Shown: positions 19,546-30,132 of the stretch, in pieces
Layout of the letters: the number at the start of each line of letters is the position of its first letter
Numbering within the stretch: the stretch's first letter is position 1
Origin: an uncultured bacterium
GTDB lineage: Bacteria; Patescibacteriota; Minisyncoccia; Phycocordibacterales; GWA1-40-21
Direction of reading: 5' to 3'
DNA length: 64,000 bases
Assembly: GCA_963716205.1 (NCBI GenBank)
Contig: OY970290.1
Span: 175,417-239,416 of the forward strand
Position numbers and translations under genes: made by a program
Notes under the pieces: generated by a model
The model's database searches: none
The model's input: the letters and a program-made list of their open reading frames with translations, nothing else
Told to the model about the DNA's origin: nothing

Positions 19546-21285
19546 TTATTTCCTATTTTCTTTCTCTTCTTTTATTTTTTTAATAAATTCTTCAAGTTTT
19601 ATCTGTCCGAGCTGGCCTTTGTCCCGCGACTCGACGGAAATTTTACCAGCCTCAATATCTTTGTCGCCGATGATGACAGTGTAAGGAATTTTATTATTTT
19701 TTGCATCGCGGATTTTTCCGCCCATATTGCCTTCATTTGTGTCGCAGTCAATCCTGAAACCAGCAACTTTCAATTCCTTTGCGATTTTTTCCGCGTGTGC
19801 ATTATGATTTTCCCTGACAGGGACGATTTTGATCTGTGCCGGTGCGAGCCAAAGCGGGAAGTTGCCGGCATAATGTTCGATGAGAATTCCCATGAATCTT
19901 TCCGGAGAGCCGATGATCGCCCGATGAATCATCATCGGAGTTTTTATTTTTCCGTCTTTGTCCGTGTAAATCAATTTAAATCTTTCCGGCATGATTAAAT
20001 CGAGTTGTATCGTGGAAATCTGCCATTCTCTGTCGAGGGAATCTTTTGTCATGATATCCATTTTTGGTCCATAAATGGCGGCTTCTCCGACAGCTCGGAC
20101 ATATTCAATTTTATTTTCAACGAGAATTTCCTCGAGGATTTTCTGGGCTTTTTCCCAAATGTCAGCACTACCCAAATATGTTTCCGGATTTTCCGGATCC
20201 CAAAGCGAAAGGCGAATTGAATAATTCATTTTATATGTTTTGAGGGCTTTTTGGATAATTCCCAAAACATTTACAAACTCTTCTTTGATCTGGTCTTCAC
20301 GGCAAAAAGCATGAGCATCATCCTGACAGAAGCATCGCAATCTTGTCAGACCGGAAAGTTCTCCTGGCTTTTCATCTCTATACAGATTTGCAAAGTCGGC
20401 AATGCGCACCGGCAAATCCCGATAGCTTCTACTTTCCGATGCGTAAATCTGTGTGTGTTGTGGACAATTCATTGGCTTGAGGAAATATTCTTCTTTTGAA
20501 TAATTCGACATCACTTTCAGCATGCTGTCTTTATATTTTTCATAATGTCCGGAAACTTTGAAAAGCTCAGCTTTGTTGATATTCGGTGTATGGACTTCCT
20601 GATAGCCGATTGCTTCCTGCAGTTCGCGCGAATAATCCATTATTTCTTTTCTGACAATTGAACCTTTAAATGTATAAAGTGGAAGACCAGGACCTACAAG
20701 ATCGGAAAAAACAAAAAGCCCGAGCTCTTTGCCGAGTTTTTTGTGGTCGCGCGCTTTTGCCTCCTCAATCCTTTTTATATAACTTTCCAAATCTGCTTTT
20801 GTCTCAAATGCCAATCCATAAATGCGGGTGAGCATTTTATTTTTCTCATCACCGCGCCAATATGCGCCAGCGACACGGTCGAGCTTGAAAGCATCCTTTG
20901 CGATTTCTTTGATATCATCGACATGTCCGCCTGCGCAGAAGTCGAGGAATTCACCGGATTTGTAGGTCGTAAGCTTGTCGCCTTTTTCTGCGTGCTCCTT
21001 GATCAGTTCAAGTTTGTACGGATTATGAGAGAAAAATTTTTCAGCTTCTTTTTCGGTGACGTCAGTCTTTTCAAAACCTTTCCATTTCTTGAGAAGTTCC
21101 CGCATTTTCTGCTCTATCTTTCCCAAATCTTTGTCGGTGATCGGCTCTGCAAAATCAAAGTCATAATAAAAGCCGTTGTCGATCGCAGGACCGATGGCGA
21201 GCTTGGTTTCCGGCCAGATTTCAAGCACTGATGCACCGAGCAGGTGAGCCAGAGAATGTCGTATCTTTTTGAGTTTTTCGTCCAT
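19546..21285 (-). CDS. thrS: Threonine-tRNA ligase
   Basis: RHSLAH, GAYWRG, KPMNCPQH, GLTRLR, YGPK, MIHRA. Confidence 0.98.
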   Translation of the reverse strand: MDEKLKKIRHSLAHLLGASVLEIWPETKLAIGPAIDNGFYYDFDFAEPITDKDLGKIEQKMRELLKKWKGFEKTDVTEKEAEKFFSHNPYKLELIKEHAEKGDKLTTYKSGEFLDFCAGGHVDDIKEIAKDAFKLDRVAGAYWRGDEKNKMLTRIYGLAFETKADLESYIKRIEEAKARDHKKLGKELGLFVFSDLVGPGLPLYTFKGSIVRKEIMDYSRELQEAIGYQEVHTPNINKAELFKVSGHYEKYKDSMLKVMSNYSKEEYFLKPMNCPQHTQIYASESRSYRDLPVRIADFANLYRDEKPGELSGLTRLRCFCQDDAHAFCREDQIKEEFVNVLGIIQKALKTYKMNYSIRLSLWDPENPETYLGSADIWEKAQKILEEILVENKIEYVRAVGEAAIYGPKMDIMTKDSLDREWQISTIQLDLIMPERFKLIYTDKDGKIKTPMMIHRAIIGSPERFMGILIEHYAGNFPLWLAPAQIKIVPVRENHNAHAEKIAKELKVAGFRIDCDTNEGNMGGKIRDAKNNKIPYTVIIGDKDIEAGKISVESRDKGQLGQIKLEEFIKKIKEEKENRK

Positions 21286-21439
21286 AGGTTTATTATAAAC
21301 AAAAATGCTTGAAAAACAATGAGATTTTAAGAAAATTTTATTCTTGACACCAAGTTTATTTTCTGGTACTCTCTGACCAAGTTGTTAACACTTAGTGATT
21401 ATTTTAAAAACTGAGTGAGTTTAAAAACAGGAGAAAAAA

Positions 21440-21730
21440 ATGATACAACAAATTGTTGGTTTTTTGTCGTTGATTGGAATAGTTTCATTCGGCATTTTTT
21501 TGAGCTATGTAATTAACGGCCCAAAACAATGCCAAAAATGCAATACGGTGACGACAAATCGTTTTTGCACGTCCTGCGGAATGAAAACCCTTCCTCTTCC
21601 GCGTTGCAAATATTGTTGGACACATATATATCCACATGACTTGCATTGTGGTGGATGTGCCGCTCACCGTACGAGTGCAATAAAAATTAAAAATCAACGA
21701 AGTGCACTAGGTGAGGTTACTCATTTGTAG
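21440..21730 (+). CDS. Membrane-anchored double zinc-ribbon protein
   Basis: TM helix and four CxxC pairs; SD AGGAG; TTGACA-17-TACTCT. Confidence 0.75.
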   Translation: MIQQIVGFLSLIGIVSFGIFLSYVINGPKQCQKCNTVTTNRFCTSCGMKTLPLPRCKYCWTHIYPHDLHCGGCAAHRTSAIKIKNQRSALGEVTHL

Positions 21731-21746
21731 AGTCCACCAGATGTTG

Positions 21747-21785
21747 TAGCACCCCTCGCAGAAATTTTGCGAGGGGCTATTTTTT
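21747..21785. terminator. Hairpin terminator
   Basis: CCCCTCGCA..TGCGAGGGG followed by a T-run. Confidence 0.75.
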
Positions 21786-24700
21786 TTATTCCAACTCCTT
21801 CAACCTTTCCAGCACCAAACTGATCTCGCCATTACGTTCTGAAACTTTGCAGATAGCAGCAATGCATTTGTCGACCGCAATGATATTTTTGTATTGGGCG
21901 TAGGTGCGCGGGAAGACGACCGCTTCAATGACGCTGGAAAGATCGGCGATTTTCAGAAATGCCATCACTTCATTATTTTTCGTCATGATCACACGCAATT
22001 CTTCAATGATCCCACCGATCGGCTTGCCGCCGTCGATTTCATTTTTCACTGCCGCAGTTTCTTCTTTGATCCGTTTTATATTGATCGGCTGTTTTTCCAA
22101 AATCGCTCTGAATTTATCAAGCGGATGTCCGGAAATATACAGTCCAAGCAATTCTTTTTCCCATAAAAGTTTGTCTTTCAACGTCGCCGGCTCGGCTGGC
22201 TCAAGGCGGAAGTTTTCATTTTTACCTCCATCGAACATTCCAAAAAGGGAATCCTGATCTTGATTTTTTGTCGCAACTTCTTTGCAATATTTGAGCATGT
22301 TTTCGAGATTGGCAAGCATCACGCCGCGGTCGGTGAATTCATGGAGTGCTCCGGCTTTTACTAGTGCTTCAAGCGATCGCTTATTAATATTTTTTCCCGC
22401 CATTCTTTCAAGAAAATCCGAGAGGGATTTGAATTTACCTTTTTCTTTTCTGTTGGTGATGATCGCATCGGAAATATCCGAGCCGAAATTTTTGATCGTC
22501 ATCAAACCAAATCTAATTTTATCTCTATTCTCGCCGGTATCATGCGGAGAAACACCCGGAGTTTTGACGACGGTGAAATCGCTGAAACTTTCATTGACGG
22601 ATGGCGAAAGAACGGGAATTCCCATTTTTTTGCAGTCCGCGATAAACTCGCCGATTTTTTCCACATCGCCCGAGTCGGCGGTCAGAACGGCAGACATATA
22701 TATGGCGGGGAAGTTGGCTTTCATGTAGGCGGTCTGATATGAGACGCGGCCATAGCTTGCGGCGTGGGCTTTGTTGAAACCGTAGCCTTGGAACGGTTCA
22801 AACAAATTCCAAAGCGTCTCCGCTTTTTTTGGCGTCATTTTGCCGTGCTTGACGCAGCCTTCGACGAATTTGACATGCTGTTTCAACATTTCCTCTGGAA
22901 TTTTCTTGCCGACGGCTTTTCTGAATTTATCCGCTTCGCCCCACGTGTAGCCGGCAATTTCAATGGCGGTCATCAACAAATCATCCTGATACACGAGCAC
23001 GCCAAACGTGGTGTCGAGATATTCTTTCATTTGCGAATGCATATAGGTCGCCGGTTTTTCGCCGTGCTTGCGGGCAATGTATTCGTAAATATTATCCATT
23101 GGTCCCGGGCGGTAGAGTGCGACCATGACATTGATGTCGTGAATGTTTGTCGGCACCAATTCCTTTAAAACTTTTGTCATGCCGGAGCCGTTGAGCTGAA
23201 ATACGCCGACGGTTTCTCCGCGTGCAAGCATGCCGTAAGTGAGCTTGTCGTCAAGCGCAATCTCCTCGATATCAAGATCGATATTTTCAATGATTTTTAC
23301 CCGATGCACCGCATCAGCGAGAATGGAAAGATTCCTGATGCCGAGAAAATCGAATTTCAAAAGTCCGACGCCGTCTTCACCGACAGAATTCATATCATAT
23401 TGAGTGATAATTTTATTTCCTTCTTTGGTGTCGTATTGCAAAGGGACATAATTAACGAGCGGACTCGGTGCAATGACGACTCCCGCAGCATGGACAGAAA
23501 TGTGCCGCGCGCAGCCTTCGATCTTTTTCGCCATATCCATGATTGTTTTCGCATCTTTGTCTTTTTCATATAGCTCATCGAGCTCCGGAACATCTTTGAG
23601 TGCTTTATCAATGGTCATCGGAAATCCTTGGGCTCCGAGTGGGATAAGCTTTGCAATTTTATCCGCGAGCGGCAAAGGAAAGCCCATCGCCCGTGCGACA
23701 TCGCGGCAGGCGCCGCGCGCCATCATGGTGCCGAAAGTTCCAATCTGCGCGACATTTTCCTTACCGTATTTTTCACGGACATAGTCAATCACTTCATCAC
23801 GCCTTTTGTCCGCAAGATCCATATCAATATCCGGTGCCGAGGGCCTTTCCGGATTGAGAAATCTTTCAAACGGAAGCTTGTATTCGATCGGATTGATTTT
23901 GGTGATGCCGGTCAGATACGAAACCATCGATCCTGCCACCGAACCTCTGGTATTTGAAAAAATATTGTGTTCCGTCGCGTATTTCAATAGATCTGCCACG
24001 ACCAAAAAGTATTGAGAATATTTTTTATTTTTAATGACCTCAAGCTCATATTCTAGCCGTTCAATAACTTCCTGCGAATGATGTAATTTTCTTTTATCGA
24101 TTCCTTCGTAAGCGATCCGTTTCAATTCCTCGTCGTATGAAAGCCCGTTTTCCGCGATGAATTTTGGAAAAACCCACGCATCTTTGCCGAGAACAATTTC
24201 CACGTTGCACATATCGGCAATTTTTTTTGTATTTGAAAGCGCGCTCGGCTCATCTTTAAAATATATTTCCGCCTGCTCGCTTGAAATGAAAGAAAAATCA
24301 TCGCTGCTTTCGCGTTCGCTTCGATCGGAAAAATCCGAGTGCGAATTGACCGAGACAAGCGTATCGCGTGCCTGCTTGTCCTCCGACTTCAAATAATACA
24401 CATCGTGCGCGGCGACAAGCTCGGTGTTTGTAGCTTTTGCAATTTTTGTAATCTGTTCTTTGAGCTCAAGCTGGCCTTCAATCTCCGGATGATGGGTGAT
24501 TTCCAAAAAGAAATTATCCGCGCCGAATATTTTTTTATGCCACGCTATCAGTTCATTCGCTTTTTCAACATCATTATTTTTCAAGGCGATTGAAATTTCT
24601 CCCGCAAAATGCGGCGAGACGGCAATGATCCCTTCGGAATATTTTTCAATCAGTTCATGATCAATTCTCGGCTTGTAATAAAATCCATCAAGGTATGAGT

Positions 24701-25025
24701 CAGTGACGAGCTTGATCAAGTTTTGATATCCATCATGATTTTTGGCAAGGAGCACAAGTCGAGTGCGGCGATTGTCCACTCCGCCTTGTTTGTCATTGCG
24801 TGTTCGCGCTGCGACATAAAAATCCACACCGATAATCGGCTTCACGCCATTTTTTTTGCATGATTGATAAAACTCAATCGCGCCGTACATGTTGCCGGCA
24901 TCAGTGAGTGCAAGCGCTGGCATTTCAAAATCTTTCGCGGCTTTTACAAGCTCTTTGATTTTTGGCAGAGCGTTGAGCAGGGAATAGTGCGAGTGAGTAT
25001 GGAGATGGATAAATTTTTCGGACAT
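21786..25025 (-). CDS. dnaE: DNA polymerase III alpha subunit
   Basis: HLHTHSHYS (PHP), RGSVAGS, PDIDMD, HAAGVV, YGFNKAH. Confidence 0.98.
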   Translation of the reverse strand: MSEKFIHLHTHSHYSLLNALPKIKELVKAAKDFEMPALALTDAGNMYGAIEFYQSCKKNGVKPIIGVDFYVAARTRNDKQGGVDNRRTRLVLLAKNHDGYQNLIKLVTDSYLDGFYYKPRIDHELIEKYSEGIIAVSPHFAGEISIALKNNDVEKANELIAWHKKIFGADNFFLEITHHPEIEGQLELKEQITKIAKATNTELVAAHDVYYLKSEDKQARDTLVSVNSHSDFSDRSERESSDDFSFISSEQAEIYFKDEPSALSNTKKIADMCNVEIVLGKDAWVFPKFIAENGLSYDEELKRIAYEGIDKRKLHHSQEVIERLEYELEVIKNKKYSQYFLVVADLLKYATEHNIFSNTRGSVAGSMVSYLTGITKINPIEYKLPFERFLNPERPSAPDIDMDLADKRRDEVIDYVREKYGKENVAQIGTFGTMMARGACRDVARAMGFPLPLADKIAKLIPLGAQGFPMTIDKALKDVPELDELYEKDKDAKTIMDMAKKIEGCARHISVHAAGVVIAPSPLVNYVPLQYDTKEGNKIITQYDMNSVGEDGVGLLKFDFLGIRNLSILADAVHRVKIIENIDLDIEEIALDDKLTYGMLARGETVGVFQLNGSGMTKVLKELVPTNIHDINVMVALYRPGPMDNIYEYIARKHGEKPATYMHSQMKEYLDTTFGVLVYQDDLLMTAIEIAGYTWGEADKFRKAVGKKIPEEMLKQHVKFVEGCVKHGKMTPKKAETLWNLFEPFQGYGFNKAHAASYGRVSYQTAYMKANFPAIYMSAVLTADSGDVEKIGEFIADCKKMGIPVLSPSVNESFSDFTVVKTPGVSPHDTGENRDKIRFGLMTIKNFGSDISDAIITNRKEKGKFKSLSDFLERMAGKNINKRSLEALVKAGALHEFTDRGVMLANLENMLKYCKEVATKNQDQDSLFGMFDGGKNENFRLEPAEPATLKDKLLWEKELLGLYISGHPLDKFRAILEKQPINIKRIKEETAAVKNEIDGGKPIGGIIEELRVIMTKNNEVMAFLKIADLSSVIEAVVFPRTYAQYKNIIAVDKCIAAICKVSERNGEISLVLERLKELE

Positions 25026-25137
25026 AGTTGCTTTCAGTATAACAAAAATTTTTCAAAACAAACCGATTGACATAAAAGATTTTGATATATATAGTTGAGA
25101 GAAAGAAGTTCTTTAATTTAAAAATAGGGGTGAAGAA

Positions 25138-25485
25138 ATGAAGATTTCTCGAGGAATGACCCTTCGTCAATTTATACAAGTAGATAAAAAAGAGCTTATT
25201 CCGCAAGTTGGGAAAGAGAGCTTTGACTGGCAGCTTAAATGGGCTCAACAGGAAGAAAAAGAATCTTTGGAGTCTCCTCTCGCACATTTTTATTTCTTAT
25301 TCATGAGATCAGGAGAGAAAGAAAGATCATCAAGTTTTTTGTTGGCACACAAAGAAGAACTCATCAAAAAATTCGGTAAGGAAGCGATAGATCACATCCT
25401 TCATCCGAAAAGAAAAAAAAGAGAAGTAAAAAAAGAACATTGGTTTCAAAAGTTGTTTCAAAAAGTTTTCAAGGCGCACATATGA
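25138..25485 (+). CDS. Orphan protein
   Basis: TTGACA-17-TATAGT promoter, SD AGGGGTG. Confidence 0.65.
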   Translation: MKISRGMTLRQFIQVDKKELIPQVGKESFDWQLKWAQQEEKESLESPLAHFYFLFMRSGEKERSSSFLLAHKEELIKKFGKEAIDHILHPKRKKREVKKEHWFQKLFQKVFKAHI

Positions 25486-25509
25486 TAAAATCAATGTGCG
25501 CCTTTTTGT

Positions 25510-26131
25510 ATGATGAAAAATAAACAAAAAATAAAATATATTATCGGCATCGATGAAGTCGGGCGGGGACCACTTGCCGGACCGGTTGCCGTGTGTACGT
25601 TCAAAATGCCGGTGGATTTTAACGCGAGGAAATTCGGCAAAATAAAAGATTCGAAGAAATTGAGTGCCGAAAATCGCGAAGCGATTTTCGGCATGCTTTG
25701 CGCTCTCAAAAAAATTAAAAAAGTTGATTACTCAGTTTGTTATGAAAGTGCACAAAGGATAGATGAGATCGGTCTCGGCAAGGTGGTTAAAAACTGCATA
25801 CAAAATTCCCTGAAGAATTTAAAATTGAAGCCGAATAAATGCATGGTTTTGCTCGATGGCGGACTTAAAAGCTCCAATCCGGTTTAAAAATCAAAAGACG
25901 ATTATAAAGGGGGATGAAAAAGAGCGGGCAATCGCTTTTGCTTCTATCGTTGCCAAAGTTTCCCGTGATGCTTTGATGCGTAAATTTTCCCAAAAATATT
26001 TCCAATATGGTTTTGAAATCCATAAAGGATACGGGACAAAAATGCACCGTGAAGCAATACAAAAACACGGTTTTTCAGTCGTTCACCGCAAATCTTTTTG
26101 CAGGAATATAACCATTGACAAATCCATATAA
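25510..26131 (+). pseudogene. rnhB: RNase HII split by a +1 frameshift (pseudogene or assembly error)
   Basis: GIDEVGRGPLAGP..DSKKL..LDGGL in one frame; KGD..IAFASIVAKVSRD..HKGYGT..HR in the next; extra A in AAAA 25867-25870. Confidence 0.85.
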
Positions 26132-26218
26132 GTATGTAAAATTACATGTAGATCTACTGAATCGTCATTGATTCACCCAGTTGTTTGATTTTGAAAATTT
26201 AGTTGAACCGAGGTTGCC

Positions 26219-26833
26219 ATGAGCCTATTTGAAAACTTTAACGTTGTGACTCACCACTCTGTGCTGTTTTGCACAAAGGAGTTTTCGGAAACAGGTTTGT
26301 GCATACTTGCTGTTTCTGAGGATAAATATGAGGGTGCTGCGCACAAAGCTCCGGGAGGAACGAATAAGAATCATCCTGACGAAACGCCGTTTAAAACTTT
26401 AAGACGCAAGGGAGATGAGGAAGCCAAGATTTTTATTAAAAAAGCAAGGATGTTTTTTAAAGAAGAAATACGATGGCATAAAAGAATGTATTTCTTTGTA
26501 GAAAAATATTCTCGCAAAATCCCTTTTGTATATCCTGCAGAAGTCTCAAATGGCGCGGGAATCACAGCATATTGGCTGCCAATCCGGGAATTTGTTGGTG
26601 ACGGACTTTGGAAAACGCAGCGGTCTGCCGTTGCAAAGCTTGTTTGTGAGATTTTGCCCGAGTATTATTCCAATTTTGCCAACGAATATGCGGATGTGAT
26701 TGAAAGAGTACAATCCGCAGATTTCATCAAAAACAGGGAAACGAGAAAGGAGGTAAAGCCGAACATCCTCGAGAGATTTTTCTTTTCTCCGCTCAAGGAT
26801 ACTTTGAGAGAATTTTCAGAAATGTGTTTTTAG
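26219..26833 (+). CDS. Degenerate Nudix-fold orphan
   Basis: APGG..DETPFKTLRRKGDEEA; own promoter, SD and terminator. Confidence 0.65.
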   Translation: MSLFENFNVVTHHSVLFCTKEFSETGLCILAVSEDKYEGAAHKAPGGTNKNHPDETPFKTLRRKGDEEAKIFIKKARMFFKEEIRWHKRMYFFVEKYSRKIPFVYPAEVSNGAGITAYWLPIREFVGDGLWKTQRSAVAKLVCEILPEYYSNFANEYADVIERVQSADFIKNRETRKEVKPNILERFFFSPLKDTLREFSEMCF

Positions 26834-27009
26834 TTGAGGAATTTTAAACTTCCGGGAATCACTTTGTGTGGTTTCCGGATTTTTATTTGGCTAAAATAGC
26901 TTACTTGACAAATTTATATTTTAATGTATTATTATAAACAGAAGCACCGTATTCGGTTGAAAAATCGAATAAGAAGCTAGAAGGACAAATTGAAAATGAG
27001 GTGAAAGCC

Positions 27010-27510
27010 ATGACTGTTATAAATAAATCAGTTTACGGACTTTTTGTTGATGAGCAAGTGGGAAAGTTATCCGTTCTGGCAGTGATGGATAAATGTTGCG
27101 CAGATCGGACTTTTTTGCCTGGAGGTTTAATTCAGGGGGTTGAACAGCCCGTTGAAGCTCTTGTGAGAAGAGTTTGGGAACAGACAAGACGCGTTGTTCG
27201 CAGATCCGAGTTTGTTCTTGAAGAGGATCGGAATGAAAGCAACGCCATTTCAATTAGCATTTTTCATCGCATATTTCGGATCGGGAAATTATCTGAATCT
27301 GCGAGAAGTAGGCATTTTCATGAAGGGAAACATGAGTATGCCACGGGCTTACTTGAAATAAATAGGTTCTCGGAAAAGTTGGATCCCAGTCAGGAAGAAG
27401 GTTTTTTGAAAGGACTAAGTCGGACACACTCCTTCCATGGGAATCCAGAGTTCTGTAGAAACAATCCAGAAGTTCTTAAAATTTTTTTGAAGAAGGTAAA
27501 ATTTCAATAA
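27010..27510 (+). CDS. Degenerate Nudix-fold orphan
   Basis: LPGG..EQPVEALVRRVWEQT; SD GAGGTG before ATG 27010. Confidence 0.65.
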   Translation: MTVINKSVYGLFVDEQVGKLSVLAVMDKCCADRTFLPGGLIQGVEQPVEALVRRVWEQTRRVVRRSEFVLEEDRNESNAISISIFHRIFRIGKLSESARSRHFHEGKHEYATGLLEINRFSEKLDPSQEEGFLKGLSRTHSFHGNPEFCRNNPEVLKIFLKKVKFQ

Positions 27511-27598
27511 AATTTTAAAAATTACAAAAAGGCCGGGGAATCTAAAAAATTCCTCAGGCCTTTTCTTTTTATATAAAATAGGCTATACTCTTCCCACT

Positions 27599-27814
27599 AT
27601 GGTAAATCGAATGAGACACAACAGATCCCAAAGAGGATCTACCAGATCGCATCATGCACTTTCGGGAATTTCACTGACGAAATGCCCGGATTGCGGCAAG
27701 CCGGTCGCCAGACATCAAATCTGCCAGAATTGTGGCAAATATCGGGGCAAAGTCATAATCAATATGGAGCCGAAGAAAAAAGTTGAAAAGAAAGCGGTAA
27801 AAGGAAAGAAATAA
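27599..27814 (+). CDS. rpmF: 50S ribosomal protein bL32
   Basis: RSHHAL..CPDCG..HQICQNCGKYRG. Confidence 0.93.
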   Translation: MVNRMRHNRSQRGSTRSHHALSGISLTKCPDCGKPVARHQICQNCGKYRGKVIINMEPKKKVEKKAVKGKK

Positions 27815-27829
27815 AAATACAATAATAAT

Positions 27830-27858
27830 AAAGAGCGGCGCCGTAGGCGCCGCTCTTT
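27830..27858. repeat. REP-like palindrome/terminator, copy 2
   Basis: AAAGAGCGGCGCC-GTA-GGCGCCGCTCTTT. Confidence 0.8.
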
Positions 27859-27912
27859 TCTTTTCTCATAAATTTGCTAGACTATATTCAGTACTTAATA
27901 TAGTCAATATAT

Positions 27913-28812
27913 ATGTCAAGCAGGCACCTTGCAAGATCAATAGTTCTCCAAACCGCCTTTGAGTGGGATTTTCGCAATCTGTCTCGGGATGAGGCCATTT
28001 CCTCGCTTTCGCGAAATGCAAAAGAATTCGGCGACGGCGATTCGGAAAAAACTTTTTCTGAAAATCTTTTGAAAGGCATCATTGATAAGAAGTCAGACCT
28101 TGATTCGATTATCGTCAAAGCTGCTCCGGACTGGCCGATTGAGAAAATTTCCATTGTCGACAGGAATATCCTGCGCATCGGGCTTTACGAGCTTCTTTTT
28201 TCCGACCGGAAAGAAGTGCCGGCAAAAGTCGCCATCAATGAAGCCATCGAACTTGCCAAAGTGTATGGCGGGGAAAAGTCCGGCGGTTTCATTAACGGCG
28301 TTCTCGGTACGATTTACAAAGAGCTCGGCGAGCCGGGCAAAGAAGAAGTTTCCAAAAAGCACAACAAAGACATTCCGTTTGAAAAAATGCCGATTAAGCG
28401 CCTTGCCGGTGCGGTCGTGTATGCTATCAAAGACAATAATATATATTTTGCTTTTGTTCATGATGTGTTTGGCAGATGGACGCTTTCGAAAGACAAAATA
28501 AAAGAGAATGAAGAACTTAAAGATGGCGCGATTCGAGGCGTAAAAGAAAAACTGGGCATTGATGTGACTATAGAAGAAGAACTTTTGAATAACGAATATA
28601 TTGCGAATCATCCGCAGGAAGGCAAAATCAGAAAGCAAGTCACATATTTTCTTGCACATGCAAAAATGGAAGAACTAAAACTTGGCGAGAGCGGCGGGCT
28701 TGACGATGCGCAATGGTTCAAGCTGCAGGATATTCAAACATTGAATTTTTACAACGACATCTTGCCGATTATCACAAAGGCGATTACCATCATCAGCAGC
28801 AGAAAGTCATAA
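27913..28812 (+). CDS. nusB: NusB fused to a degenerate C-terminal Nudix domain
   Basis: RHLARSIVLQ, VDRNILR, INEAIELAK, FINGVL; then AGAVVY..WTLSK..AIRGVKEKLG. Confidence 0.92.
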   Translation: MSSRHLARSIVLQTAFEWDFRNLSRDEAISSLSRNAKEFGDGDSEKTFSENLLKGIIDKKSDLDSIIVKAAPDWPIEKISIVDRNILRIGLYELLFSDRKEVPAKVAINEAIELAKVYGGEKSGGFINGVLGTIYKELGEPGKEEVSKKHNKDIPFEKMPIKRLAGAVVYAIKDNNIYFAFVHDVFGRWTLSKDKIKENEELKDGAIRGVKEKLGIDVTIEEELLNNEYIANHPQEGKIRKQVTYFLAHAKMEELKLGESGGLDDAQWFKLQDIQTLNFYNDILPIITKAITIISSRKS

Positions 28813-28814
28813 CT

Positions 28815-29519
28815 ATGCAACCGGATTTCTCAAAATTTGAAAAGACCATAGGAATAATCTTCAAGGATAAAAATCTCTTGAAGCAGGCTTTTACACATCG
28901 TTCATATTTGAATGAACACCGCGATCGCGAGCTCGTCCACAATGAACGTCTTGAATTTCTCGGCGACGCGGTGCTTGAGCTTATCGTGACTGAATATCTT
29001 TACCATAAATATCCGGATCAGACCGAGGGCGATCTAACTTCATATCGCTCGGCGCTCGTCAACGCCGTAACACTTTCCGATGCTGCAAGCAAAATCGACA
29101 TGAATGATTTTTTGCTTTTGTCAAAAGGCGAAGCGAAAGATATCGGCAAAGCAAGACAAATAATTCTGGCAAACACAATCGAAGCTTTGATTGGCGCAAT
29201 TTTCCTCGACCAAGGATACGAGACGGCAAAATATTTTATTTCAAACAACATTTTCATGCTGGTGGAAAAAATCGTCGAGGACAAAAGCTGGCTTGATGCC
29301 AAAAGCGAATTTCAGGAAAAAGCGCAGGATAACGAAGGTATTACGCCGTCATACAAAACGTTGAAAGAAGAAGGTCCGGATCACGACAAGAAATTCACCG
29401 TCGGAGTGTATTTGGAAGAGAAAAAAATTGCGGAAGGGGAAGGAAAGTCGAAGCAGGAAGCTGAACAGCTTGCCGCCAAAGCAGCACTCGAAGTGAAAGG
29501 ATGGGAAAATAATAAATAA
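28815..29519 (+). CDS. rnc: Ribonuclease III
   Basis: HNERLEFLGDAVL, EALIGAIFLD, dsRBD; ATG 28815. Confidence 0.97.
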   Translation: MQPDFSKFEKTIGIIFKDKNLLKQAFTHRSYLNEHRDRELVHNERLEFLGDAVLELIVTEYLYHKYPDQTEGDLTSYRSALVNAVTLSDAASKIDMNDFLLLSKGEAKDIGKARQIILANTIEALIGAIFLDQGYETAKYFISNNIFMLVEKIVEDKSWLDAKSEFQEKAQDNEGITPSYKTLKEEGPDHDKKFTVGVYLEEKKIAEGEGKSKQEAEQLAAKAALEVKGWENNK

Positions 29520-29520
29520 T

Positions 29521-29820
29521 ATGACTGAAAATTTTGATCCAAAAAAAGAAATTGGTCCTGAAGATAAAAAAGAAGTTTTTTTCCTGCTAGCCAGAATAAA
29601 GAATTTTTATTCACTAGAAGAAATTTATCCTCGAGCGAAAGAAATCGAAAAAAAAATAAAATCCAAAGGTGTAAAACCTGATCATTATAAACTATGGCAC
29701 ATGTTACTCGGAAGCACTATGACTCCAGAAGATGCACGAGACCTTCCGCTTGATACAGAGGAAAAAGATATCTTCAAAGAAATCCAAGCTACTTTTCTAT
29801 TGGAAGATAATATACAATAA
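29521..29820 (+). CDS. Orphan protein
   Basis: 99-aa ORF starting 1 nt after rnc. Confidence 0.6.
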   Translation: MTENFDPKKEIGPEDKKEVFFLLARIKNFYSLEEIYPRAKEIEKKIKSKGVKPDHYKLWHMLLGSTMTPEDARDLPLDTEEKDIFKEIQATFLLEDNIQ

Positions 29821-29826
29821 ACAATC

Positions 29827-30075
29827 ATGAAAGAAGGATTTGAACAATCAGAAAATTTATCAGAAAAACAGCAGGAAATGCTCAATGCTTTTTCTAAGGA
29901 AGTCTTGCCACTCATCATACAGCTGAAGCAAACGAATGATTCAAGTTTTTCTGAACAGATTTTTGAAGCAACACGAGATTTCAAAGATGCACTCAAAAAA
30001 GAGGATATTTTTATTCCTGATAATCAGATAGAAAAAGTAATTCAAGATCTCTATAATGTCCAAGAAGCCGCCTAA
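29827..30075 (+). CDS. Orphan protein
   Basis: 82-aa acidic ORF ending in the GCCGCC-TAAA-GGCGGT hairpin. Confidence 0.55.
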   Translation: MKEGFEQSENLSEKQQEMLNAFSKEVLPLIIQLKQTNDSSFSEQIFEATRDFKDALKKEDIFIPDNQIEKVIQDLYNVQEAA

Positions 30076-30132
30076 AGGCGGTTTTTTTATTTCAAAAATC
30101 TGGTAGAATGGACACTATAATATTTACCAGTA

